Shown piece by piece: positions 41,324-54,960 of a stretch of DNA of 64,000 nucleotides. The position numbers and the translations under genes are program-made. The notes beneath the pieces are model-generated. The model searched no databases. It was not told the DNA's origin and worked only from the letters and a program-made list of their open reading frames with translations. Each line of letters begins with the position of its first letter. Within the stretch, counting starts at the first letter, position 1. This stretch comes from the human T2T-CHM13v2.0 reference genome, Homo sapiens: assembly GCF_009914755.1 (NCBI RefSeq), contig NC_060944.1; one strand, 5' to 3'.

Positions 41324-44300
41324 CAATCCTCAGCATCGCAAGGCCTCTCCTGGCTCTGGGGGAGCTCGGGAAGATAGCAGCACACGCTGTGGAGGAGGGT
41401 GGGGGTGGGGGGAAGGCAAGTCCCATGGAAGGACGGGGAATCCTTTACTCTAATTTCTCCAGCTGCATTTTGTTCCGTTTATCTGCAGAAAAAGAAAGAA
41501 AAAAAAGAAAAAAAAAGTTTCCTTTAATTTGGTGGAGGGACCCATGTTGACGCATCTTTCAGGCATTATCCTTGTAATTTCTGTCTTTTCTCTTACAACT
41601 TTGCCCCAGGGTCACAGTGGCTTGATTGAACACTCACATGTGTATCCTGGCCCCTGTCTGCTTTCTTGGTTATTTCACAAAGCTGGTCACACAGTGGTTT
41701 ATTCAAAGGAAGGGGAGGAAGACAGTGGTTTGATAAGCTGCAGGATAAATTTTAGGAATCAATGAGCCCAGCAGCAGTATAATCCCCAGACAGAGGAGGC
41801 AGGATAGAAAATGGGCAAAAGCCTCGGAAACCACTTGGAAAAGGTCTGGACAATGAGGTGAAAATATTTTCTTCAGGGTTCCCAAGGCACAATTTGTTCC
41901 AAGTGGCTAATGAGAAATATGGAAGCTGAATTTTTTCCAGAGCAGAGTGCAGAGGCATAACAGAAGGGTGGGCCCTGGCAGCCATCTGGGTCTCTTCCTT
42001 CCTAACCATGGTGGCAGGTGCATCCTTCTTTGACACTGACTTTCAGCAGAGCTTACTTGGTTCATGAGGTCTTCACATGGAGACTACCAGCAAGAGGTGA
42101 CTCTCTGCTGCATAACTGTAAAGGATGGCCCTTTGCTAGGTGTTACAGTTAAAAGCTAAGAAAAGGGGCACTGCATTTAGGACCCAAACATATGCCTATG
42201 AATATCAAAAGCTCCTCCTGAAATTGCTCTGAGTTTTCCATAAAAGAATATCCTGTCTTCACCCAAGGCTTGACAGCCCACAGAGTGGTCTCATTTGAAA
42301 TTACAGGAAATTAGAGCTTTTGCTTGCAGTTCTGCCTTCCTGGCCTGTGTTTAAATGCTGTCACTTGTTTATGCCAAGTTCAAGGCTGATTCAATGGTTG
42401 GTCCCCTCACCCAGAAAACCCTGAAGGGGAGGATACAGCTCTGAAGGGGGGCAGCAGTACTAAAAACCCAAGATGCCAGTGGTATAGTGGGCACAAGGGA
42501 TGGCGACCATGAGGATGCCAGGCATCATCACCAATATCTATCCTAGAGCCAGTATAAGGCCAGATGCCTACTTCCCACAGCCTCCCCGGGTTCCAAAGTC
42601 ATGTCATTGTTTTCAGTGGAAACATATCGTTTGTTGCATATCTTCTTAAATCCATCTTCCTTGTAAGGGCTTTAGAACTAAAACTTACTTATATTGTTTT
42701 TCCTTAACAGAGGGAGAAAAATAGTGGATTATTATTTCTAAAATAAAAGGATGTTCTGCTTTCTAAATATCCCATCAAAATCTTCAGTTTTGCACTTTTT
42801 TGATGGAAAATTCATCTTATCTTCCTATGACTTTGGTTTTAGCCTTTCTGAATTTGTTACCCCTTCTGGATGGCTTATTTGATATACTGGAATAGTTAAC
42901 AAGCTATACTTCAGCATATGCACTATATTCTAACAAATTTTTTTTAATAAAATCAAGACATCAGCAAGAATGACATTTACGTGACCTCATAATGTGGGAT
43001 TATGGCCTTCTGTTGCTATTCCAGTTTGATATGGAAGCATCTATATCCTCTATTGCCATTAGATGTTGTTGCTTTTCAGAAAAGTAACGAAAAGGCTCAT
43101 TTTAAAGAATCCAAGAAACGATGTCATCCAAATATTGACAGTTTCTACATTTCATGCCATCTTTATAACTCAATTGAAAGTTGCCGTCATTCTTGTGAAG
43201 TATTTGACAAGTGCAATCTGCTAGAAGCTCGTTTTTCTTGTGACTCCCAAATGTTAGTGCTACTTAGCCTCAGTAATGAGTTACAGTTGAAAAAAACATG
43301 AGGGAAACAGAGGGACAGAGATTTTCTAATGAACAATGATGGAAGAGACCTAATGTCCTTGCTAGAAACAGCCAGGATGGAAATTATCCAGCCCTGGCAT
43401 TCTCCTTATCATCAATGACAGTCATTTTATTCATTTATTTCAAATGTGGGTGGGCTAGAAGTGGAAGGAGGGAATTCTCTCTGCCTAAAAATTCTAGAAG
43501 AATGAAAGTAATCTTTGTATCCAGGAAACTAAGAGAATGAGGAATAAATATCTTCAGCCCGACTCCTGAATTTGTTTATTCTTCCATCTATAATTAGATT
43601 GTGTTTTCATTTTTGCTTTGTCATGCTTTTTGGTTGTTATTTGGCTATACAGTTTTATGCTTTAAAACAAATGATAAAGTTAATTTCCAATTCAATAGTG
43701 AAATATTAACAATCTAACTATAGCCAGATCAAAGACACCTGAACACAGAAAACCTTTATTTGCTGGTGCTGCCATTGCACAGGCTGTACAATGAAATAGA
43801 TTTGAAAAGCTGATTGATTTTCCTGCACATAAATTCTGGATGTCAATTTCCAACCAAACTCCAATCCAGCTATGTGGCATGAAGAGTTACAGGAGGGAGG
43901 GAGGAAAATAGCCCTATATTAGTCATGTTTGCATACAGAGGATCAAAGTAGGCCTTCACCATAATAGTTCTAATTAAAATGGTCCTCGCTGTAGGAGAGA
44001 CAAAGGGGCTTTTCCTCTAGCTGGTAACTATTCAGATGATGGACAAGTCTTCTTTCATAAAAGATTACAAAGAAGGCATCCGAATCACTGTCTGTGATAC
44101 TGGGTCACATATTAATCACTGCAGCTAATTGTAAATCTTTCTATGAAACACTGAAAAGCCTCTTTGTGAATTAATACAGTTCTGCTTGATGCACTTGATT
44201 TGAAAAGACATTTCTCTGTATGTGGCGCATGTCGGCTTTGCTTTGAAAAATAACAAAGTTAGCAGAATATGTTCAATATATTTTCTTGGGGAATAGGGTT

Positions 44301-44640
44301 TTTATTACATGATTCATTAAGGATTTGCCTTACCCTGACATTTGTGATATAAAGGAAAATCAGAAAAAAAGTAATTTTCTTGATCAAGATATGTTTTTAC
44401 TTAATGCAAATAAATGTAGTCTGTTGCTTGCAAGGAAAAAAAAATGGCTTCTGATATCTGGTATAAACTGCTAAATAGGATAATACGTGCCTCTTTTGTT
44501 AAACCGGCATTTAAATGCTGGACTGCTTCTAAATCTGTTTGTTTCTTTTCATCTGTGCCATACACTAAAAAACAACTGTTGCCTTCATACTATATTTGTT
44601 AGAGCAGAATACAAATAAAATTTGAGAGGATAATGTGAAA
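41324..44640 (+). other. MACROD2: MACROD2 3' UTR (~3.3 kb; end approximate)
   Basis: Follows the stop codon, is AT-rich with no recognisable interspersed repeat, and ends at AATAAA plus a GU/U-rich downstream element. Confidence 0.8.
44614..44619 (+). terminator. Distal polyadenylation signal AATAAA
   Basis: AATAAA followed ~25 nt later by tctgtgttttgtgaaatttgttcttt (GU-rich downstream element). Confidence 0.75.
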
Positions 44641-45381
44641 TTATCTGTGTTTTGTGAAATTTGTTCTTTAGCCACAAGCAATGAGTAACTAAAACTACTC
44701 ACTTAATACTATTTGACTGCAAATATATATATTTAAAATTATTCCTGTAAGTCAGCTTTAACTTACTGATAGTTTTCCCTTACTAAGACTGGTCAGCGTG
44801 TTGGCCGTGTTTTTCAAATTTTAAACTATAGAGTAGTTTTGTATAGCTGCAAATCCCAGTGTCTAAATTTTCTCTGAATACTAGATAATTACTTACCCTA
44901 GCATCAGCCTCTGAAATGCAAGTTATAAGTTGTTGAGATAAAGCCAACGGTCCTGTGAACATTGGTCTATCTTTCAGAACCCATGACCATGGCTGGAATT
45001 TTTAGTGAGCACCTTTTATGATACAGTCACTACGCTGACACTACAATCATGGCAGCAGTGATTCTCGGTCTACTGTTGGTGGAATTGACAGAATTACGGA
45101 ATTGTTAAGAGCTTAGCAGTAGGCCACCAAAAAATCGCTACAGGAAAAACTCAGTGTTCTTTTGAAAATGGAATACGCTTGCCACCAAATTTAGCTCCCT
45201 TCATCTCCTACAGAAGGTATCAGCATTATTATTTGAGGAGGCAATACAGAAAGCCAACCCCTTTGTCAAACAAAGCCAGATACTTAATAGTTTAAGGATA
45301 ATAAGGTTTTCCAAACTGCTGTACCACTGAAGTGTTTTTCCCATAATAAACAAGGTTGGATGAGACAAAAATTATAGATAG

Positions 45382-45779
<398 letters not shown>

Positions 45780-46509
45780 CTAGCCCTGCTAGATGCAGTT
45801 TTTCATCTCTAACCAATTTTCATATCTTGGCCTGGCCCTCTTGTGTTTCTCCCCCAACATTCCCAACATTTCTGCCCCTGTGCCTTGCATTGACCAAAGG
45901 TGCCAACAAAGATTGCTTAAGTGTACTGGTGGTTCTCGGGGCTGAAAGGGGTAATGGTATCAATTTAAGTTGTTCTCGCCAAGACTGGCCCAGCTGTGGG
46001 GTTTTGAGAACGAAACTGCCTCAGTTTCTTTGTTTAGAAGATGTAAATACTAATACGTGCCTGAACTCTCTTACAAATGTAAACATGAATAAAATGCCAA
46101 AATATGATACTTTAACGTTTGGAAAAGCACTTGGTAAATTATTAGCATCAGATTATGCTATTTGGTGCTGTTGGCAAATGGTCCTTTCTCTAGCTGAGGC
46201 TGCTCCACCAAAAGAAGAAATGATTTTTACAATTAGTAAATATGAAATTTTATTCTACTGAAGTTGATTTAAACTTTGCCCTCAAATTAAGGACCCGTGA
46301 GGTTAAGAGAAATTGTTTTGCTATAATTTAGAGAAGTGGGAAATTTGAGGTCTTAAAATTAAAACATCTACACACTGACAAAAATACTGATGGCGTGAAT
46401 TTTTAAAGTCATCTTTTCTCTGATAATAACCAGCGTATCTGTAAAGAAAAAAGGCAGTACACTTCTCTCTACTTCTTGGTTCACATGTATAGAAGGACAT
46501 AGATTTGCA

Positions 46510-46860
46510 AGGAGATAACTATACCAATATGCACTTCCCTTCCCCAGGGAGGATTATACTTCCTCATCTTACTGAAATTGGATATGGCTGTGTAATTTCC
46601 TTTGTTCAATATATAGGCAGAAATGGCATGTGTCACATCAGGCAGAAGCATGAAGACTCACGCTCTATTCTTTCCCCATGGTAATAACCAGCAATATCCC
46701 AGACAGGCTGACCTGTCACCATAGATCCGGGAGTGAAGACATAGTGGAGTTTCAGGCAACCCCAGTGAGAAGGTGTCATGACTGAGAAATCAAACTGTGT
46801 TTTGAAATTTGGGGGTCATTTGTTACCCTATGGTAACCTGTCCTATACTAACTGATACAT
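46510..46860 (+). mobile_element. MLT1J-like LTR
   Basis: ggcagaaatggcatgtgtcac...ttgggggtcatttgttacc...ctaactgataca. Confidence 0.65.
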
Positions 46861-47541
46861 AGGCCATCAACATTTAAGTAAAAACGGTAAGAATCTAAAT
46901 TATCCTCTTTTCCAACCTCTTCTTTGGTGACTCTCAACTTGGTTTAAGATGCTGCCAGCATATTGGCCTTCTGTCCACTGCTACAACACGCCAGGTTCCT
47001 TCCATCCTTAAGGCCTCTAAACTTGAAAGCTCTTTCTTCCCATTCTCATGGGTCTGGTACCTTGTCATCCCTGAGATCTCAGCTGTAATGTCACTTTCTA
47101 GACATGCCGTCCCTAATGGCCCAGTTGAAAATAGATCCCTTTTCCCTACTTGTGTTTGCCTATCTAACTCCTGTTTGCTACTTCAGAACACCTACAATAA
47201 TTTTGTAATTGTTTATTTGTTTATAGGGCAGAGATAAAAATTATATGTCACAACTCAGATGTATAAAATAACGTAGCTGCTCTCCAACCCCTGACACCCC
47301 CACCAAAAAACAAACAAACAAACAAACAAAAAAAAACCCAAGCTTATCTTGTTTCCAAGCTCTATTCAAATGGTCACAGGGGATTGTGGTAAAATAATTT
47401 AAATTTGTCAAGTAAAGTTATCTAGTCATTTCCAGTATAAAATGCTTTGGAATAAAGATTTGGTCAGATTCAAGGTTTAAACTCCACACTAATGCTATTT
47501 CTTGCCACCTAAATTTTGTGCCCTTCTCATAGATAAAGGCC

Positions 47542-47576
47542 TTTCTTTCTTTCTTTCTTCTTTCTCTCTTTCTTTT

Positions 47577-47656
<80 letters not shown>

Positions 47657-47700
47657 TTTCTTTCTTTCTTTCTCTTATTTCCTTTCTTTCTTTCTTTCTT
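47542..47700. repeat. (TTTC)n tetranucleotide microsatellite
   Basis: Seen directly; abuts the Alu tail. Confidence 0.95.
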
Positions 47701-47986
47701 TTTTTTGATACAGAGACTTGCTCTGTTGCCCGGGCTGGAGTCCAGTGGTGTGATCTCAACTCACTGCAACCTCTGCCTCCCAGGTTCAAGTGATTTGCCT
47801 GCCTCAGCCTCCTGAGTAGCTGAGTTTACAAGTGCCCGCCACCACATCCAGCTAATTTTTGTATTTTTAGTAGAGATGGGCTTTCACCACGTTGGCCAGG
47901 CTGGTCTAGAAGTCCTGACCTCGTGATCCACTCGCCTCGGCCTCCCAAAGTGCTGGGATTACAGGCTTGAGCCACCACGCCCTGCC
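47701..47986 (-). mobile_element. AluSg-like
   Basis: ctgacctcgtgatcc diagnostic; TSD aaggcctt encloses both the Alu and the microsatellite. Confidence 0.93.
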
Positions 47987-48145
47987 AAGGCCTTATTTTT
48001 TAATCACCATGCAATAAAACTGCCAATAAATATTAAAATAGTAGTTACTATAATATTTTAAAAGTAATTCTCTAAATGTTTTCTCAAAGAGGGTATCAAG
48101 AATAAAATGATGTATTATTTAGAAAGTAACAAAACCAAGAACACT

Positions 48146-48516
48146 GCTACAGTCTGAATGTTGGTGACCCCCACCCTGCCTCAAAATTTATATGTTGGAA
48201 CCTAATAAATACCCATGTGATACTACTATGAGGTGGGACCTATAAGAAGTGATTAAGTCTTGAGGGCTCTCCTTTCACGAATGGAATTAGTGTCCTTATA
48301 AAAGAGATAGAGAGGAACCGCCTTGCCCCTGGTGCCATGTGAGAACACAGCAACAAAGTGCCATCTAGGAAGCAAAGAGCCCTCACCAGGCGGACAACCT
48401 GCTAGCACCTTGATTTTGGACTTCCAGCCTCCAGAACTGTGAGTAATAAATTTCTGTTGTTGGCATATTACCCAGTCTAAGGTTCCTTGTTACAGTAGCC
48501 TGAACAAACTACAACA
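48146..48516 (+). mobile_element. MSTD/MLT1A-type MaLR solo LTR
   Basis: tgctacagtctgaatgtt...ggacttccagcctccagaactgtgagtaataaatttctgttg. Confidence 0.85.
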
Positions 48517-49129
48517 AACACTATTAAAAACGTGAGATGAATCCAAAGCACTATTTAGAAGAAAATTTAGTTTTAAATGCTCTAATTGTGTATTACAGCA
48601 TTTTTTGCATTAAAAATAAAAAAGAAAATAGTATTAAAAGCATTCAAATTAAGATTTTCAAAACAAAAAAAATCCAAAGAAAATGAGGATTTTATATATA
48701 TGTATACACACACATATATGTACATAAAACTGAGAAATTTTAAAAGCAGTAAACTATTAAAATCAAACTAAATCTGGGTTCTTTGAAAGTCAATTGAAAT
48801 AGATAAATAATCTGTAACTCTTATGAGTAATTTTTAAAGGATAGCAACATAGAAATTAAATTTTGAGGATGATAATATTAAATTTTATGCATAACTAACC
48901 AATAACAAGTCAAAGAAATTGGAGATTTTTTAAGATAAAATTTACCAAGATCAATATAACATGAGGCAGAAAATCCACAAAAAATTTCATAGCAGAAATG
49001 AGAAAAGATATCAAAAAGCCACCCAGGCTAACTATATCTATCTATCTACCCATATATCAATTGATCGTTCAATCGATCAATCTAGCTAAGAATTATGTGC
49101 CAATTGTCAAAAACTTAAGAACAATCACA

Positions 49130-49900
49130 GATAATATGCTTGATTTGTTTCCATTTCATATTATTTTATAATTGAATCATACTGTATATCATTTATGTAT
49201 ACTACTTTTTCACATGGTTGTACCACAAACATTTTCTTGTCAATTAAGGATTTTCCCAAGTCATTTAAAAATATTTCCTCATATGGCTGTAATTTTTACT
49301 TCCACTTCCCTATTCTGTGATACTTAGTTTCCTTGATTTTTTTTTTTTATTTTGAATGAAATGACGAATAACACTTTTGGTCACAAATTTTTGTTTACAT
49401 CAGGGTATATTTCCAAAAGGGGATTTTCAGGGTTCACAAACACTTGATATTTATTATCGAATTACTTTGCAAAGTCAAACTGCTAGCAATTAAACGTGAG
49501 AATTTCCATTTTGTAGAACACTCACTGGCCTTGAGGGGCCTATAAATATGGACATTAAAACATGTCAGCATGAGAAACGTTTGTCATTATTATTTAGCAT
49601 TTTTTGTTTACTAAGGTGGGTAAACAAATTTCTATCTGCTATTTTTATTTCCTGATTAAGGAATTAGTCTGTTCATGTTCTTTGGTCATTTGTCAGTTGA
49701 GATTTTAAATTTTCATTGATATTCATGTGCACTTTATATACTGAGACTATTATCTTTTTGTCATATTTCCTGCATATAATTTTCTACTTGTGCTTTGCTT
49801 TATAATTTTGATTGTGATATTTTCTGACACACAGCCTTCTTTTTATGTTTGTACACAATCAAGTCTCTCCCTTTGTGCTGGCTTTCATCACTTTTGGAGT
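49130..49900 (-). mobile_element. Old L1ME fragment
   Basis: T-rich L1 ORF2/3' motifs (tctgttcatgttctttggtcattt). Confidence 0.5.
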
Positions 49901-50269
49901 TGACATTGATGGTTTTTGACTACTAATCATCCAGTCCTGCTGCTTCTGGGGATGAAGCCCTTCAGCCTAGGAGAAAACTCTTCTTATGCAATTTCTGGAG
50001 CTGTCCTTCCACTCCTACTCTCTGTCCAGACAGGCACACATAGGACCCAGGCTGGACAATCACAGGACTTTATCTCCCTGTTTTCAGTGACTGATTAGAG
50101 AGAACATGTGACCGAAACTGCGCCCCTCGATGTCTTCCCCAACACTTTGATTTGGGGAGCCTTTGTTCTGACTCAGGAATGTGAGCCATTGAACTCCCCT
50201 TTTAAGCAAGTTTGAGTTAGGTTTCTGTCTCATGTGACTGAATGGCTCTCCAAATCTCCCAAAGAACAA

Positions 50270-50800
50270 AAGTCTTACAGTGTCTTACGGGCTCCCTGTG
50301 ATGTCATGGTGCCCTCCTCCCTCATACCTCTACAAACTCATCCTCTGCTATTCTCCCCTATGGGCTTCTCTACTCCAGCCACAGTGACCTCCTGAAATAT
50401 GCCAGGCACATTTCTTGCCTTAAAGCTTTGCACTAGCCCTTCTAGAATTTTCCTCTTGTATATATGCATATACATATATGGCTACTTTGCTTACCTCCTT
50501 GGAGTCTTCTCAAAGCTTTCTCAGTGAGATCTGCCATCACCACCCTCTTTAATTCTGCAAACAACCCCCAACTGAGGCCGTCCTCACTGGCTCTACTTTT
50601 TTCCTTTTCCATGGCACTTACATAATTTACCTATTATTAAATTCATTTCAAAGAAAACCGTATTGAAAATCTCCCACTGCTTGATGAGGAAAAGGTAGTC
50701 CCTATGAGGACAGAGATTTTTATCTGTTTTGCTCGCTGAAGCACCAGAACAGTCCCTGAAACATATTAGGTTCCCATTTAGTGTTTACTGAATAAATGAA
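50270..50800 (+). mobile_element. L2a-like 3' end
   Basis: actccagccacagtgacctcc...gaggacagagatttttatctgttttgctc...tgaataaatgaa. Confidence 0.75.
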
Positions 50801-52004
50801 AGAATTCCACTGACTACTGTGTTCTGGGAAACACTTGGCAAAACCCCTTTTATGAGACTGGTGACCCCTGGCTAAGGTCTCTTGCTTTTCTCTTTGGAGA
50901 AAAATGTAGAGGAGAGATGAAATTCAACTCTGATTATTATGGAAGTTAATAGGAGGCTCTGCACCCTGTCCCAGAAGAAAAATATTAATAAAGAATGATG
51001 AAAGAGCAAGCAATGTTTGCAATATTATTGCAAAAACTCCCTTTTGGTTCATAAATTATGCCTACTCCATATTTAATTCAAAAAAGGGGGAATCTGTTCA
51101 TTGATCCTTCCTCAAACTGAGCAAGGGGGGAAGACAATGACATCTCTATGGCTGAACACAATGAAGGTTGACTTGCAACACACTCCTTGTGAGTTGAGCA
51201 GCTTTCCTACAGGCTTCCATCCTGTGGTGCTGTTACCTTCAATGTGTGGCCTTCAAGGTCACCATGGAACAAGAAGAGAGAATGGAGATTGTTATCAGCC
51301 AGATACAGGAAACATTGTACATCTCCACTGCCCACATTTCACTGGTCACAACTCAGTCAACTGGCCCAACTTGATCTCCTGGAAAATGCAGTTTGCCCAA
51401 GCACCTAGGAAAACACATGTTTGGTTATTACCTAGCATTGCGTCTACCTTCCCTCCTTTGAGTCATAGCTGTGGGCTGTGGACCAGCCCTCAATTTTCAT
51501 TCCTCAAGACCATGTCAGCCACAGTGGCTTAGGGAAGAAGTACCACCTGGATATCTTAGATGCTCGTAGCAATCTCACACTGGGCAAAGGGCTTAATAGT
51601 AGAGTGGAAAAACCTGAATGGTGCTCTATGTTGCCTCGGACAGAAAGTTGAGGATGTAGTAAGATAAGCTTTTGCCTGGCCTTGTTGTCCTAGAACTGAC
51701 TTTTTATTTGTTCTTAAGAACACCAAAAGAAAACATGGTCCAGGGGAGGTGTGTGTGTCTAATTTTTCTAAGTCCTAAAATGTGCAGATTTTGAACTTCA
51801 AAAGTCTTTCCCTGTCCAGAGATAGGCAAATGTTCCACCAGATATTCACCTATATTTTCCTTTATTGTTTAGAAATTCTTTGTGTTTGGGTGTGTGATTC
51901 CATTTTTTACACCTATATCTTTAAGGCACTTTGAATTTATTTCAGTAGTTGATATTTAGAAGGGAATGACTTGGTTGAGTAGCTTTAAAACTAATCCTAG
52001 CACC

Positions 52005-52326
52005 GGCTGGGTGCAGTGGCTCACACCTGTAATCCTAGCAATTTGGGAGGCCGAGATGGGCGGATCACCTGAGGTCAGGAGTTCAAGATCGGCCTGACCA
52101 ACATGGTGAAACCCCATCTCTACTAAAAATACAAAAAATTATCCAGGTGTGGTGGCTCATGCCTGTAGTCCCAGCTACTCAGGAGGCTAAGGCAGGAGAA
52201 TCATTTGAACCTAGGAGGTGGAGGTTGCAATGAGCAGAGATCACACCACTGTACTCCAGCCTGGGCCACAGAGCAAGACTTCTCAAAAAAAAAAAAAAAA
52301 AAAAAACCAACCAAACAAACAAAAAA
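52005..52326 (+). mobile_element. AluSx-like
   Basis: Full dimer; degenerate TSD aaaactaatcctagcac / aaaactagttctagaac. Confidence 0.95.
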
Positions 52327-53319
52327 CTAGTTCTAGAACTAATTATGAAATAACACATCCAGATCTTTTTGCTCCAAGTTTATTTCTTTAACTTATACTT
52401 ATTTTACATTTATACAAGGATCTATTTTCTTGGCAACATCTTCCTTTGGTTTCTCTAGTGCTATTCTGTTTTAATTAGTGTAATTTTAGAATATGTGCTG
52501 ATGTTTATTAAGGCAAACTCAATACCTACTCTTCTTTGCTTTCAAATGTTCTTGGCTATCACTTATTGTTTAGTGGTCCAGACAAATCTTAAATTAACCT
52601 AATCACCTTTCCCTCCTACAGTCCCCGTTTTCTAATTCTCCCTCTCTCAGTATCCTCAGAAAAATGAATAAACCAGTCAGTTTAGCCAGCCCATGCTTAG
52701 TTTAAAGTGGGATGGCATCTGTTATAAATGCAGCTTCCTGAGATGTTCCAGAGAACAACATTTCTGTTCATCTCTGGTCTACTGACAAGGCTGGGCTGTG
52801 GTATGAATAATGATTGGTTTCTGAATATTCTGTTACAAAGCCTTTTCCTGACTGTCTTGGCCTCTGGTCTCATCAATCTCGTCTAAGCCGTTTGGTTCTG
52901 CATAGTGAGTCAGGAGGCAAAAGCTAGGTAAATATCACTGTGTCTTGAGTGATCACCCTCTTTAAGTAACCATCCGCTTTGTAAACAAATGCTGAAGGAC
53001 TCAGCCGAGCTGGTCTACAGGACTCTCAATCTGCAGGCACGGGAATACAGCATTTGGTTACACAGGGCATAGATCTGGGTTATTCTTGAAGAAAACTGAA
53101 ACAAGTTCAGCCTAGACTCGTTAGCAGCCTGGCCTTGCAAAGACTTACACACTGCAACCTCAGAGATGCTGAGCCCTCTTTAAATGATCCAGGCCAGGGG
53201 GTAAAAAGTACTGTTTTTTTTTTTTTTTTAGTTTTTGGTGAACAGAAAGCATCATAATTATAGACAGAGAATGTATAAATAGCTAATGTGAAATAGCTCT
53301 TTTCATTGTTTAAATAGCT

Positions 53320-53695
53320 TCATATATAATTCATTTAATCTTAACAAAAATGATGTAGGTACTATGATTATCCCACTATACAGATAAGCAAACTGAGACA
53401 CCAAGAGACAAAGTAATTTGCAACAAGCCCACCCAGCCAGTAAGCAGCAGGGATGTCATTTGAACAGGAAGTTTGGAGCCAAAGATTACTATCCTAACCA
53501 CTATACTAAAGGCTCTCAAACTTGGGTCAGCATCAGAATCACCTAGAGGCCTTGATCAATCACAGATCCTGGACCCCAACCTAGAGTTTCTCATTCAGGA
53601 GGTCATGGGTAAAAAGCTGGGATTTTGCATTTCTAACAACTTCCAGGTGCTGCCACTTCTGCTGCTGCCCAGGGACCACACTGCGAACCACTGAA
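53320..53695. mobile_element. MIR (minus strand, ~53320-53500) followed by MER5A (~53510-53695)
   Basis: cagataagcaaactgagac; cagcatcagaatcacctagag...tgcatttctaacaacttccaggtg. Confidence 0.7.
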
Positions 53696-54509
53696 ATGGT
53701 TGGCAGGTGTGGTCCCATGAAGGCGAAGCAGGATGAACAGACCGGGACAATGACTAAGCCCTGCAGCTAACTCTCAGTCTCTAAAATCAGAATATCTGTA
53801 TTCTCCTAGTCCCTAAAGCAACCCAAAGCTGGCATTGCCTGCATGGTGCCAGCTTCCTCTTATTTCCATTAGGTTTATAGGCAGCTATCAAAATAGGAGA
53901 CAGTATTAAGACCACTGGCTGCAGCATCAAAACATCTGGGTTTAAATCTCAGCTCCATAGTTTACCAGCTGATTTAACCTCTCCAAGACTCTGCTGTCAC
54001 ATCTCTAAAATACTGATGATCATTATTTATCACTTACGATTTTAATAAAGGTAAATTTTATACACACACACATTGCTTAGCATACAGAAAAAATGATGGT
54101 TAATTATTTTTATGAGAAAGAGGTATCTGATTCCTTTCCTTCCTCTCAAATACCAGCAGAGGTATTTATCTTTGAGAAGGCACTGCAGAAAGACTTGTCA
54201 GGGTCACGTGGGGCACTCAAACTTTCTTTACAGCTATAACTGTGACAAGGATAAAAGAGAAAATACACATACTTGACAACCTGCTCCCACCCGATCCTCA
54301 TCTCTGAGGCCATTTTACTGTGTGCAGAAGAAACAGAGGAATTGGAAAAATGGGAAGTCCCCAAAGGAGGCGTGCAATTAACACAAAGGGAAGCCGGGCA
54401 ACTGGTAAAAAAGAGAGATCACTTGAAATCATTTTAGTCAGCGTTATGAATGAAATATCCTCTCCAGCAATTATTGAACTTTAAAAAATTCCTTCTAGCT
54501 ACAATTTCT

Positions 54510-54960
54510 TTCATTTATTTAACAAATATATATTGAGTCCCTGTTTTGTATCAGCCACTCCCCTGGGTTCTGGAGATGTAGGGATAAACAAAACAGGCTG
54601 ATTCCCTCCACATGGAGCAGGGGAGGGTGATGTGAGGATGTAGGGGAGGAATTGAGCCAGACCAGGGGGTAAAGACCTGAAAGAAACGGGGATATAGCAG
54701 CATGGTCTCCTGAAAGAGGAGCATCTGGCAGTGGCAACTGCAAGAGCAAATACCTGGAGGCTGACTCGTGCCCACTTCCCAGAACTGCCGGGTGAGTGAG
54801 TGGGAAGTGGTGAGGACAGAGGGGTAGAGCAGAGACCACCTCCCATCATGGAAAGCCTTGTAGGAAGATAGGTTGCCACTCACAGGATTTTAAACGGAGG
54901 AGAAAAATGATCCAACTTTGAAAGTGACTCCATGTCAGTGTTGCATGAGGGAGCTGGGCT
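54510..54960 (-). mobile_element. L2 3' end
   Basis: tcatttatttaacaaatatatattgagt...ctgggttctggagat. Confidence 0.7.

Noticed and set aside
49060-49081. attgatcg...cgatcaat inverted repeat
   Set aside because: An 8-bp stem within a decayed TCTA/GATC simple repeat, expected by chance.
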